Shown piece by piece: positions 19,354 to 30,677 of a stretch of 64,000 bases of DNA. The notes under the pieces were generated by a model. The model ran no database searches. It saw only the letters and a program-made list of their open reading frames with translations, and was not told the DNA's origin. Origin of the DNA: a bacterium (GTDB lineage: Bacteria; Electryoneota; Electryoneia; Electryoneales; Electryoneaceae); NCBI GenBank assembly GCA_963675295.2, contig CAXXKJ010000002.1:4448001-4512000 (forward strand). The letters run 5' to 3'. Position 1 is the stretch's first letter; every line of letters starts with the position of its first letter. The translations under genes and the position numbers were made by a program.

Positions 19354-20769
19354 ATGAAATCCGCCTTCTTCTGTACTTTTCTACTGTTCCTTTTCGCCAC
19401 GCCGGCAACTGCGCAACAGTTGTGGGCATCTCACGCGCTCCCCATTCATGCGAATACAGCCGGCCATGGTGAACTCATGCTCAGTGACTGGGACTCGGAT
19501 GGGGACACGGACCTTGTTGCTGTCACCACCGAACTTCGCATCTCAAAAAACTCCTACCCCGGCATCTGGGACACCTGGAGCTCGGGACATTACGATTTTG
19601 GTGACATGTACAACGGTGCGTTTGCCGATCTGGATGGCGACGGCGATCCAGACGTCCTTTTCGATGGCAATCCGGAGCTGGGCTGGCTTGAGAATTTGGG
19701 TGAATACCAGTTCACGCCACACATCCTCCCAGGCGGTCATGGCGGCGACCTCTCCGCTGGCGACATCGACGGCGACGGCGACAACGATTTCGTCATCGGG
19801 GCTGGAGTCACCGACCCGGGCATCTCGGTGTGGATCAATGATGGCGACGGAAACTTCACAGGTAGCCAGGCGTTTGTTGCTGCGGGCGACGGTTTTCGGA
19901 TTTCGAAACTTGCCGATTTCAACGATGACGGACTTCTGGATTTTGTAGCTGTAGCCAGTAACAGCGTTATAATTTTTATCGCGGAACCTGGCTCCATTTT
20001 CGTGGATCATCGGCTTCGTTCCGACTATTTTTCGGTTCAACCCGCAGAAATCGTGGATTTTGATCACGATGGCGACCCGGACATTCTGCTTTCCGAACAC
20101 CTCTATCGTGAACCTTTGGGATCTCGTCGGATTCTGTATCTGGAAAATGTGGACGGTACTTCTTTCGATTATCATGTGCTCTGGACGGCTTTTCCCGGTG
20201 ATCCTCGCGCGATTGTACCACTTGATGTCAACTTGGATGGCTATACGGACATCGCCTATGGGAATCAGATGTTGATTAACACCGGAGATAACCTGACGTT
20301 TGCCGCTCGAATGTATTCGGAAGGAAATGAACCTCAACCATTCACCGATGTGCAATTAAAAGCCGCTGACATCGACGGTGACGGCGACATGGACATCCTG
20401 AACCAGGAAGTGCGCTGGTTTGTCAATCCATACATCAGCCGCCGCATCGAGATCGGGCTGGACGCCATGCAGACCAACGTCCCCGCGAACGGTGGCTTCA
20501 TCACCTACCACGGCGCGCTAAGAAACTACATGGCGAATCCACGCTACCTGCGGGTGTGGTCGACAGTCACCTTCCCCGGTGGGAACGAGTCCACCGTCTG
20601 GACAATGCGGCGTGTCTTCCAGCCGGACCAGGTCTACGAAGCCGACACAATCCAGCAGTACATCCCACCCGCTGCTCCGCCGGGCACATACACCTTCACC
20701 GTCCATTTCGGCGATCCGGACCAGCTGGATGTTATCGGCGACTCGTTCCAGTTTGAGAAGCACGAGTGA
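19354..20769 (+). CDS. Secreted FG-GAP/VCBS repeat protein with novel C-terminal domain (copy 1)
   Basis: Signal peptide; seven DxDxDGDxD Ca-binding repeats; ends DSFQFEKHE. Confidence 0.88.
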   Translation: MKSAFFCTFLLFLFATPATAQQLWASHALPIHANTAGHGELMLSDWDSDGDTDLVAVTTELRISKNSYPGIWDTWSSGHYDFGDMYNGAFADLDGDGDPDVLFDGNPELGWLENLGEYQFTPHILPGGHGGDLSAGDIDGDGDNDFVIGAGVTDPGISVWINDGDGNFTGSQAFVAAGDGFRISKLADFNDDGLLDFVAVASNSVIIFIAEPGSIFVDHRLRSDYFSVQPAEIVDFDHDGDPDILLSEHLYREPLGSRRILYLENVDGTSFDYHVLWTAFPGDPRAIVPLDVNLDGYTDIAYGNQMLINTGDNLTFAARMYSEGNEPQPFTDVQLKAADIDGDGDMDILNQEVRWFVNPYISRRIEIGLDAMQTNVPANGGFITYHGALRNYMANPRYLRVWSTVTFPGGNESTVWTMRRVFQPDQVYEADTIQQYIPPAAPPGTYTFTVHFGDPDQLDVIGDSFQFEKHE

Positions 20770-20810
20770 TGGATCATGCAAACCAGATCAATCGAACTAT
20801 GAGGCTCACA

Positions 20811-22223
<1,413 letters not shown>

Positions 22224-22264
22224 TGGATCGTGCAAACCAGATCAATCGAACTATGAGGCTCACA

Positions 22265-23680
22265 ATGAGAACCATGTTCTTCACCGCAGTTCTACTGTTC
22301 CTCTTCGCCACGCCGGCAACTGCGCAACAGTTGTGGCCGACTCGCTTCATCGCCGGAGGAGGAAATCAAGGTCCTTTTCAGCTCATCGATTACGATGAGG
22401 ACGGCGACCCTGACCTGTTGACCAAACCGGGTCCTCTGCGCGTGTACGTGAACAACTACCCCAGCCCGTGGAGTCTGGTTGTGGACGCCACTCCCGGAGC
22501 AGGCTTGGTCAGGCATGGAGTAGCCATCGACGTGGACGGAGACGGCGACCTTGACTACATCGCAAGTAATACAAGTAGTCAGGTGTATTGGTTCGAATAT
22601 ACCGGCCAATCGCAGTTCGTGCTGCACCTAATCGCGGACGGCATCCAGGGCGACATTTCAGCTGGCGACATCGACGGCGACGGCGACAACGATTTTGTCG
22701 TCGGGTCTAGTGGTTTGCTGAACGATCCCGGTGTCTCAGTCTTTTTCAACGATGGCTCGGGCAACTTCACCCTTTTGGAGTACGCTGAGGAATATGGGTA
22801 TTGGGTATCCAATCTCGCTGACCTGAACGGCGATGACATACTCGACTTCGCCGTTGTTGGACAGACTGGAACGAACTACTTGAAGTTATTCCTTTCAGAA
22901 GGTGGGACTCAATTTCAAGTTGTTAGCCTGGTGCAAAACGACTATCGGGTTTTTAACACCCCAAAACTGGTGGATTTCGATCAAGACGGTGATGTGGACA
23001 TCTTGACATCTGACCGACGAGTGAACCTCCCTAACAACGAACGGCGTGTGATATGTTGGGAGAGCACCGTTGACTCCAGTTTTAACCCACATGTCCTCTG
23101 GACTGGTCTTGACGGACAACCGTGGACAATCGCACCGGCAGACATTGATCTCGATGGCAACCTCGACATTGTTTACGGCCCGCAGTTGCTCATCAATTCA
23201 GGCGACAACCTGACGTTTGTCGCGAGATCCTACGCTCAAGGCATCAACTTGCACGCGGATGACCAGCTCGAAGTGGCCGACATCGACGGTGACGGCGACA
23301 TGGACATCCTCAACCAGGAAGTGCGCTGGTTTGTCAATCCGTACATCAGCCGCCGCATCGAGATCGGACTGGACGCCATGCAGACCAACGTCCCCGCGAA
23401 CGGCGGGTTCATCACGTATCACGGCGCGCTGCTGAACAACATGGCGAATCCGCGCTACCTGCGTGTGTGGTCAACGGTTACCTTCCCCGGCGGTAACGAG
23501 TCCACCGTCTGGTCGATGCGACGTGTCTTTCAGCCGGACCAGGTCTACGAGGCGCAGGAAATCACGCAGTATGTCCCGTCCGCCGCTCCGCCGGGCACAT
23601 ACACGTTCACCGTCCACTTCGGCGACCCGGATCAGCTGGATGTCATCGGCGACTCGTTCCAATTTGAGAAGCATGAGTAG
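22265..23680 (+). CDS. Secreted FG-GAP/VCBS repeat protein with novel C-terminal domain (copy 3)
   Basis: Same start context as copy 2, 1454 bp downstream; DxDGDGD repeats. Confidence 0.88.
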   Translation: MRTMFFTAVLLFLFATPATAQQLWPTRFIAGGGNQGPFQLIDYDEDGDPDLLTKPGPLRVYVNNYPSPWSLVVDATPGAGLVRHGVAIDVDGDGDLDYIASNTSSQVYWFEYTGQSQFVLHLIADGIQGDISAGDIDGDGDNDFVVGSSGLLNDPGVSVFFNDGSGNFTLLEYAEEYGYWVSNLADLNGDDILDFAVVGQTGTNYLKLFLSEGGTQFQVVSLVQNDYRVFNTPKLVDFDQDGDVDILTSDRRVNLPNNERRVICWESTVDSSFNPHVLWTGLDGQPWTIAPADIDLDGNLDIVYGPQLLINSGDNLTFVARSYAQGINLHADDQLEVADIDGDGDMDILNQEVRWFVNPYISRRIEIGLDAMQTNVPANGGFITYHGALLNNMANPRYLRVWSTVTFPGGNESTVWSMRRVFQPDQVYEAQEITQYVPSAAPPGTYTFTVHFGDPDQLDVIGDSFQFEKHE

Positions 23681-23772
23681 CAGCTAGACATACCTGTGTA
23701 GCCGGGTGGCCCTGGTCACCCAGCCGGAATACCCAGCGAATCGTTGTATCCATCGTCTGGATCAGAAATACG

Positions 23773-23802
23773 TTGCGTCTGCTACCAACGATACCGTATA
23801 CT
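23773..23802 (+). promoter_or_regulatory. Possible sigma70 promoter upstream of hflX
   Basis: TTGCGT-18 bp-TATACT. Confidence 0.4.
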
Positions 23803-24028
23803 TGGCCTACTCGGAATGACGGCGGGGATGAGCGTGGCTCGATGATGACACGCCGAACCCGTCACAACTGGAGTTCCTTCGATGATCTAATCCGCTCCTC
23901 GTTCAACAGCCGGTTTCTATTGAACCCCGAGCGGGGAGACCCCTCCCTCTTCGCGTGATGGACTGCTGCCGTCGGCAACGCCCGATCACGTTGTACCTTG
24001 CACGTAGCACACATTCCGAGATTGCTTT

Positions 24029-25330
24029 ATGAATTCACTTGAATCGATGCAGTATCTCCCGTCCGAGGGAGAAGGACGAGAAACCGCGATGCTCGCGGCG
24101 GTGATTGGTCCGACGACGCCGGTGTGGGTCGTGGAGGATCACCTCGACGAGCTCGAGGCGCTCGCGGATACGGCCGGTGCGGATGTTGTCGGCCGGATGA
24201 CCCAGCCGCGGATGAAGCCCGATGTAGCGACCTATCTCGGGTCCGGCAAGGTGTCTGAGCTGACGCACGAGGCGAAGAACAAGGGCGCGAACCTGCTCAT
24301 TTTCGACGAGGATCTGACACCGATTCAGGTGCGAAACATCGAGTCGAAGACGAAGCTGAAAGTGATCGACCGCAGCGCGTTGATCCTTGATATTTTCGCC
24401 CGCCGTGCGCGAACTTCCGAAGCCAAGGTGCAGGTTGAACTGGCGCAGTTGCAGTATTACATGCCGCGTCTGACCAAGATGTGGTCGCACCTCGCCGGGC
24501 AACAGGGTGGTATCGGCTTCCGTGGTCCCGGTGAAACGCAGCTCGAAGTCGACCGCCGGATTGTGACGCAGCGGATCACGATGCTGCGCAAGAAGCTCGA
24601 GAAGATCAGCAAGCAGCGGGAAACGAGACGCCGCAGCCGTCGCGGGACACCCACCGCCGCGCTGGTCGGCTACACGAATGTCGGCAAGTCGACGCTGCTC
24701 AACGCGTTGAGCGGCACGAAGGACGCGTTCGTGGAAAACCGGCTCTTTGCGACACTCGACCCGAAATGGCGTCAGGTGGGGTCCGAATCCGGGCGTCAAT
24801 TCCTGTTGATTGACACGGTCGGCTTCATCCGCAAGCTGCCGCATCACCTGGTCGCGTCGTTCCGGTCAACCCTCGAGGAAGCGCAGACGGCGGACGTGAT
24901 TGTGCATGTCGCTGATCTGTCGCATCCGTTGTTCGAGGATCAGATCGTGCAGACCGAGAAGGTGCTGAAAGAGCTCGGCCTTGAAGAAAAGCCGACGCTG
25001 CTGGTATTTAACAAGATCGACCAGGTGGACAACCCGGCGATTGTTGAGAAGGCCCGGCAGAACCATCCGGATGCGCTGTTTGTCTCGGCGGTGAAAGGGA
25101 TGCGGATCTGGGAGCTGCGGGACGTTCTCGAGGAACGGCTGTTTGTCAGCAAATCGGACGTCGATCTCGAAGTCACCCCGGACCAGTTGAAGCTACTCGA
25201 CCAGATTGGCGGTTCGCTTGTGCTGCGCAACAAGCAGTGGCATGAGGGTGTGATCCAGCTGACGTTGAGCGGTCCGAAGCCGGACGTCGACAACGCGTTA
25301 CGCACACTCGGGATGCCAGTGCGGGCGTAA
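24029..25330 (+). CDS. hflX: GTPase HflX
   Basis: LILDIFARRA, GPGETQLEVDRR, GYTNVGKST, LFATLDP, DTVGFI, NKID. Confidence 0.97.
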   Translation: MNSLESMQYLPSEGEGRETAMLAAVIGPTTPVWVVEDHLDELEALADTAGADVVGRMTQPRMKPDVATYLGSGKVSELTHEAKNKGANLLIFDEDLTPIQVRNIESKTKLKVIDRSALILDIFARRARTSEAKVQVELAQLQYYMPRLTKMWSHLAGQQGGIGFRGPGETQLEVDRRIVTQRITMLRKKLEKISKQRETRRRSRRGTPTAALVGYTNVGKSTLLNALSGTKDAFVENRLFATLDPKWRQVGSESGRQFLLIDTVGFIRKLPHHLVASFRSTLEEAQTADVIVHVADLSHPLFEDQIVQTEKVLKELGLEEKPTLLVFNKIDQVDNPAIVEKARQNHPDALFVSAVKGMRIWELRDVLEERLFVSKSDVDLEVTPDQLKLLDQIGGSLVLRNKQWHEGVIQLTLSGPKPDVDNALRTLGMPVRA

Positions 25331-25333
25331 GGT

Positions 25334-25423
25334 GTCATCCTGAACGACGTGAAGGATCTCCGGAATTATCGCCTTAGAATTGGCTGGAGATTCTTCACAT
25401 CGCTACGCGATGTTCAGAATGAC
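25334..25423. repeat. REPIN-like element, GTCATCCTGAA family
   Basis: GTCATCCTGAACGACGTGAAGGATCTC ... GAGATTCTTCACATCG...TTCAGAATGAC inverted arms directly after the hflX stop. Confidence 0.8.
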
Positions 25424-25458
25424 ACACCTTGTCATTTTTCGTTAAAGCTGGGAAAATA

Positions 25459-25535
25459 CGGGGACACCTCAATGAGATGTCCCCGATTCATTCAGCCATA
25501 AAAATATGCGGGGACATCGACATCGATGTCCCCGC
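25459..25535. repeat. Two GGGGACA-family palindromes
   Basis: CGGGGACACCTC..GAGATGTCCCCG and GCGGGGACATCG..CGATGTCCCCGC. Confidence 0.75.
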
Positions 25536-25583
25536 ACCCCACAGCCCGGCGTATGCCAGAACGCCGGGTGTATCCCCCTTGTG

Positions 25584-27824
25584 TTACTTCATCAAGGTGA
25601 CCTTCTGGACGTTGTTCAGCTGTCCCGGAACCTGTGTCTGCACGAAGTACAGGCCACTGGCCAGGTTCGAACCATCCAGAACGAGGTTGTGATGACCAGC
25701 CTGGAACTGACCGTTCGCCAACTCAGCGACCATCTGGCCGTTGATGTTGTAGACACGGACAGACAGGTCAGCCGCTTCCGGCAGCGCGATATTGATGTTC
25801 GCGGTCGGGTTGAACGGGTTCGGATAGACCGACGCCACTTCGTATTCCTGCGGAAGTTCGGTCGGGCTCGCGAGACCGTTCATCGCCAGCGCCCAATCGG
25901 AGTCAGCCCACGCACCGCCCATCGAACCGAAGCCGACCTTCCAGAAGTAGAAGATGTCTTCGTAAACGATGGTGTTCGGATAGTCACCGATCGCGGCGTG
26001 GTAGGTGTAGAGACCTGTCGGGGCCATACCCGGAACCTGCAGCACGAGCTGCGGGATCGTGGTCGAACCCGGCTGGATCACAACCGGAGTCTGCGCGATC
26101 GGGCCGTAGTTGCTGCCGTTCGGCAGGGTCGCCCAGGTCCACGCGTCAAACTGCGTCGCGGTGCCAACGTTGTTGATCAGTTCCGCAGAGTAGACAATCA
26201 TGCCGCCACTGCCAGGAACCGTGGTGCCCTGCACCGGCGTGATCAACACCTGGTATTCGTAACCGGCATACCAGTAGAAGTCGTCGATCGCGGCACCGGA
26301 ATAGGTGTTGACCGAGCTGTCGGTACCGTGGTGGAACTGGACCCAGAACGGCTGTCCGACATACATGCTCATGTCGAATTCGACGTATTCCCAATCCGTC
26401 GAGGTACCGTTGAAGCCCGGTTCATTATTGAGACCGACAATGTCCGAATCCGGATACCCGCCAATCGGGGTAATCAGTTCCCAGGTGTTTCCACCGTCGA
26501 ACGAAATCTTAACGTTGTAACCGTCATAGTTGACTTCGTAATCGACGAAGTGGTAGTAGCTCAGCGTGGCGGTTACATCGTTCGCCTCGAACGAGGTGAC
26601 CGAGGTCAGGAAGTCACTATCGCTGTTGTTGTAGTCGCCCGCCAGGACGGTAGCCCAGCAGTTGTCACCAGAGTACGCCCCGTTCGGTTCCACCGTCGGA
26701 GTACCCCATTCCCAGGTCCCGGTACCTTCAAAGAAGCCCTGGTCCGCTTCGAAGTCGGTGAAGTAGTCACCCGACACCGGCGGCGGCAGGGCGTCCAGCA
26801 CGAAATCGTAGTCGTTGTCGCCCGGATCGAGCACGACCGAACCCATGTAAGTGAAGTAGCCGTCCGCAGAGATCATGACGTTGTTGTCACCGGAGAACTG
26901 GTCGAAGATTTCGTAGTAACCGGTCGCATCGGTAACGTCAGAGCCGTTGCCGATGTAAACGTTGGCACCGACGATCGGATCGGTACCATCGGTAACATAG
27001 CCCATCACGTTGGCGTCGCCCGGCATAATGCTGAACTCAATGGCGAGGTCGTCAAACGGATAGTCGGTCGGAGCAGTCTGGAACGAAGCGGACAGACCCA
27101 CAGAGCCGTCACCCTGAATACCGATCGATTCGTACGTGAGGTCGAATCCAGGCTGGATCTCATCGTACTGGAGCATGACACGGCCGTCGCTATACAGAAT
27201 GACTTCGGCAGTAATCCAGTACTGGGTGGCGCCATTCGGATACTGATCGTACTGGTAGAACTCAATGACGAGATGATCGTCAATGGTTTCGTAGTAGACC
27301 AGACCATCAGCGCCGTCAGCCGGATCCAGGTCATCCCAGAACCAGGCGATGAACGGGACGTCGTAGTTCGTGGTCGGCATCTGGGCGTTGCCGTAGCTGA
27401 TGTACGTACCGTCGAACACGATGGTACCGTTGGAGTTCACGTAGAACTGGGTGTAAGCGTTTCCATAGAACGGGAACGAGAACCCAATCGGGAACGGACC
27501 AACGATGTCGTCGTCACCAAGTGCGCCTGTTGCGACTTCGGTACCGGTGCCGGTAATGTCGATCCAGTTGTAGGTCGGACCGTCTGGTTCGTCACTGTCC
27601 TTGAAGATGTAGCCGTATGCATCCGGGCCGCCGGCATTGTCAATCACCGGACCCTGGTTGAACTGGAAGTCAACTGACTTCAGCAGGTGGAACTCTTCCG
27701 CAGTCAATGTATAGCCAGCGTTGTAACGCTCAATCGCCTTATACACCTCTTCCTTTGGTGCATCCGCGCTGGCGACTGCGGCTACAAACAGCAGCACAAA
27801 CAACAGCAGAAATGCTTTTCTCAT
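25584..27824 (-). CDS. Secreted multidomain surface protein (GGPD.YGY / nidogen-like, carboxypeptidase-regulatory-like, MAM/adhesin-like, novel domain, T9SS CTD)
   Basis: Signal peptide; GGPDAYGY...PIGFSFPFYG; PIVGANV...TDATGYY; WEWGTP...YDGYNV; VPGSGG domain; YPNPFNP...KVTLMK. Strong GGAAGG RBS. Confidence 0.85.
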   Translation of the reverse strand: MRKAFLLLFVLLFVAAVASADAPKEEVYKAIERYNAGYTLTAEEFHLLKSVDFQFNQGPVIDNAGGPDAYGYIFKDSDEPDGPTYNWIDITGTGTEVATGALGDDDIVGPFPIGFSFPFYGNAYTQFYVNSNGTIVFDGTYISYGNAQMPTTNYDVPFIAWFWDDLDPADGADGLVYYETIDDHLVIEFYQYDQYPNGATQYWITAEVILYSDGRVMLQYDEIQPGFDLTYESIGIQGDGSVGLSASFQTAPTDYPFDDLAIEFSIMPGDANVMGYVTDGTDPIVGANVYIGNGSDVTDATGYYEIFDQFSGDNNVMISADGYFTYMGSVVLDPGDNDYDFVLDALPPPVSGDYFTDFEADQGFFEGTGTWEWGTPTVEPNGAYSGDNCWATVLAGDYNNSDSDFLTSVTSFEANDVTATLSYYHFVDYEVNYDGYNVKISFDGGNTWELITPIGGYPDSDIVGLNNEPGFNGTSTDWEYVEFDMSMYVGQPFWVQFHHGTDSSVNTYSGAAIDDFYWYAGYEYQVLITPVQGTTVPGSGGMIVYSAELINNVGTATQFDAWTWATLPNGSNYGPIAQTPVVIQPGSTTIPQLVLQVPGMAPTGLYTYHAAIGDYPNTIVYEDIFYFWKVGFGSMGGAWADSDWALAMNGLASPTELPQEYEVASVYPNPFNPTANINIALPEAADLSVRVYNINGQMVAELANGQFQAGHHNLVLDGSNLASGLYFVQTQVPGQLNNVQKVTLMK

Positions 27825-28486
27825 GGTTCCTTCCCCTTGTGGTTATCTCCATCATGTGGAGCACGAACTCAATTTGCAGCAGGTGAGCTGAATTGGAACG
27901 TTGCTAAGGCGAACGCACCACCTCCTTTCGCTCGTCCAAGGGTGGACGGAGACCTAGCTGTGAACACGGTTTTGTTGTATACACTCGTGTCCGAGAGGCT
28001 GGTGCAGGAACCGTACATGGATAGCAGAATCGTTTGTAACAGCCTTAGTTGGCAGTGCGAGTAAGCCGTCACAAACTCGGACCCATCGTTCAATCTGGCC
28101 CGTTCAGAGAGAGCAGTGCGAGGAACGTTGGAATTGTACTCGGCGGGGCGTCACCTACACAACAGCCGCCGAGGTTTTTTTGGAAAAATCCGCGCTCGCG
28201 GGCTCCGCGAGAGCCTGCGAAGTTTACTTATAACAATGATTTATTCGTTGATTATATCTAATGCTTTTGGGATAATCGGGTTGCCTGGTCACAGTGCGAA
28301 CGTTGCTTGATTTGCCTGGCCGAGAAGTTCGTTCAGCGTGGTTCCTCCCTGTCAGAAGTCCTGCCTGAACCGCTGTTTCGGGCTGCTGTGCGTGTGGTCA
28401 GACACGTGTTGGAAGATGAATCCAGGTTGGCAGTTTTTCGGCCTGACCCGGACCCATTGTCAGGGGGCTAACTTGTAATATAATCT

Positions 28487-29710
28487 CTACTTCAGTAGAA
28501 CCATCTTCCGAGTTGAGGTGAATTTGTCCACATCGAGCCGGGCGAAATACAGTCCGCTCGGCAGGTCCGAGGCGTCGAATGTCAACGCGTGCCTGCCCGC
28601 TCCGAACCTCTGGTTGGCGATTGTGACGGCCTCTCGTCCGAGGATGTCATAGACGGTAAGCTTCGCCGTGCCCTCCTCCGGCATGTCGATGGTGATTGTC
28701 GTCTCCGGGTTGAACGGGTTCGGGTAGATCGAACTGATGGTGCACTGTGAGGGAAATGTCACGGAGAACGGATTCAACTCCGGAACTGCGGTTTCCTCGA
28801 GTCCATAGACGACAAACTCTTCTCCCTCGATAGCATACAGGTATGGCCAGTCAAGTGCCAGCCTCAGTCCGGTGACATCGGAATCCTGCCCCACTGCCTG
28901 CGGGTTATGCGGATCGCTGATGTCGGTAGCGCGAACAGCCCCGCCCATGTATTCGTACCCTTCGTCGTAGGCTGCATAATGCAGGCTTGTGCTCAACTGG
29001 GTGTGCAGCACTTTGATCGCATCACCCCAACTCGTACCTGTCCACCGTTTCAGGAGATAAGGCCGGTCACCAGTCCAGTCCAGAGCGAAAAGCTGTGTCT
29101 GTGTATGGCCGAACTCATACGGCCCATCGTACCAGGTGTAGATAGCCTCCGTGGTCAGGAAACGGCCATCCGGGCTGATCGCGAGGTATTTGCCAACGCC
29201 GTCGTACACACAAACCAGTTCGGATTCCGGAAGATTTCGAATATCATACGTGTACAGTTGCCCGTTTGTGGAAAGCCCATACAACAGCTCCCCATTGGTG
29301 CCCATCTGGCTGAAGCTGGTGTTCAGGGGGGCTGCCATCAGGAACTGATGCTCTAGAGGATCACTGAGATCAAAGACTTTCAGCTCGCCGTTGACGAACA
29401 CAATCATGGTATCGCCGGAGATAGCGGCTGCGCCGTTCGGTCCAGCCAGTTCAGGGATGATGCCGGCATACACAGGCTGCTCCGGGATTGACACATTGAT
29501 CAGGTGGACGCGTCTCTGATAACCATCCTGTATGTACACCGCCGGCCCGTGGACATGGAACAAATGGACCATTCCGAAGATATCAGCCGGTATTCGCGCC
29601 AGCTCAGTCACATCCCAGTCCTCGAGCTCCGCAAGGCTCACTGAACCATCCGAACGGCAGCTTAGCAAACCGGACTGATTATTGTGAAAAACGGTCAGTA
29701 TGGTCTGCAC
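28487..29710 (-). CDS. LVIVD-like repeat protein with T9SS CTD, apparently 5'-truncated (no signal peptide)
   Basis: FDLSDP and DISDPHNP repeats; YPNPFNP...RKMVLLK; N-terminus from GTG has no hydrophobic signal. Confidence 0.65.
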   Translation of the reverse strand: MQTILTVFHNNQSGLLSCRSDGSVSLAELEDWDVTELARIPADIFGMVHLFHVHGPAVYIQDGYQRRVHLINVSIPEQPVYAGIIPELAGPNGAAAISGDTMIVFVNGELKVFDLSDPLEHQFLMAAPLNTSFSQMGTNGELLYGLSTNGQLYTYDIRNLPESELVCVYDGVGKYLAISPDGRFLTTEAIYTWYDGPYEFGHTQTQLFALDWTGDRPYLLKRWTGTSWGDAIKVLHTQLSTSLHYAAYDEGYEYMGGAVRATDISDPHNPQAVGQDSDVTGLRLALDWPYLYAIEGEEFVVYGLEETAVPELNPFSVTFPSQCTISSIYPNPFNPETTITIDMPEEGTAKLTVYDILGREAVTIANQRFGAGRHALTFDASDLPSGLYFARLDVDKFTSTRKMVLLK

Positions 29711-29846
29711 CGAACGCGCCGATTTTGCACGGATTGCACTCAGGGTCCGGCCCTCTCTCCGTGGCGCGGGTTGGCCTCACCCTTGGCGTTCGGGGGTGGG
29801 GGTGCTATACTCCGGGGGCTTTCGGGTATCCTGACTGGAGTGAAGG

Positions 29847-30677
29847 GTGGACACGACGGCGACCGAATACTGGGTGCATGATCTCGACCCGTTCCTGATT
29901 CATTTCGGTGGGGACATCGGGTTGCGGTACTACGGGCTGGCGTATGTGCTTGCGTTTCTGATCGCGTTCTGGTTGTTCGGCCGGTTCCGCCGTGCGGGAT
30001 TGTCGCCGTTAACGAAGAACCAGGAAGCGGACGCGATGCTGTTCCTCGTGCTCGGCGCGTTGCTCGGTGGACGGCTGGGCTTCATGCTGTTGTACGATCT
30101 GCCGCAGTTTCTGCGTGAGCCGTGGACGATTGTCGAGGTCTGGCGTGGCGGGATGGCGAGTCACGGCGGGTTTGTCGGTGTTGTCCTCGCCGGGATCTGG
30201 GTGGCGAAGCGGTACAAGATCACCTTCTGGCGGCTGGCGGACATGATGGCGGTGATGACGCCGCCGGGGTTGATGCTTGGCCGGATCGCGAACTTCATTA
30301 ATGGCGAGTTGTGGGGCCGGATCTCGTACGTCTCGTGGGCGGTGATCTTCCCGGATTCCGCCGCGCCGGGGACACCGGTGAGCCAGATTCCGCCACGACA
30401 CCCGTCCCAGTTGTACGAAGCGGCGCTGGAAGGGTTATTGTGCCTGGTGTACACGCAGCTGCGGGCGTGGAAGTCGAACGTGATCCGGGAACATCCGGGC
30501 CAGCTCGGTGGTGAGTTCCTGGTGTTGTACGGAATCGTCCGGATCGTGGGGGAACAATTCCGGGAGCCGGATGCCTCTCTGATCCTCGATCTTAGCCGCG
30601 GTTCGTTTTATTCTATCTTTTTAGCCCTCGCGGGGGTATTGATGATTTGGAATGCAAGGAGGAAACATGCGGACTGA
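29847..30677 (+). CDS. lgt: Prolipoprotein diacylglyceryl transferase
   Basis: LRYYGLAY, LGGRLG, GGMASHGG, GRIANFINGELWGR, HPSQLYEA. Confidence 0.97.
   Translation: MDTTATEYWVHDLDPFLIHFGGDIGLRYYGLAYVLAFLIAFWLFGRFRRAGLSPLTKNQEADAMLFLVLGALLGGRLGFMLLYDLPQFLREPWTIVEVWRGGMASHGGFVGVVLAGIWVAKRYKITFWRLADMMAVMTPPGLMLGRIANFINGELWGRISYVSWAVIFPDSAAPGTPVSQIPPRHPSQLYEAALEGLLCLVYTQLRAWKSNVIREHPGQLGGEFLVLYGIVRIVGEQFREPDASLILDLSRGSFYSIFLALAGVLMIWNARRKHAD

Noticed and set aside
25506-27677. 723-aa plus-strand ORF
   Set aside because: Antisense shadow of the 25584..27824 gene, caused by codon bias; no recognisable motifs. The same applies to 17728..19341, 34125..35966, 43863..45155, 47755..49182, 49255..50742 and 56174..57568.
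27830-28480. Riboswitch upstream of the 25584..27824 gene
   Set aside because: Only short isolated hairpins; no recognised aptamer consensus.
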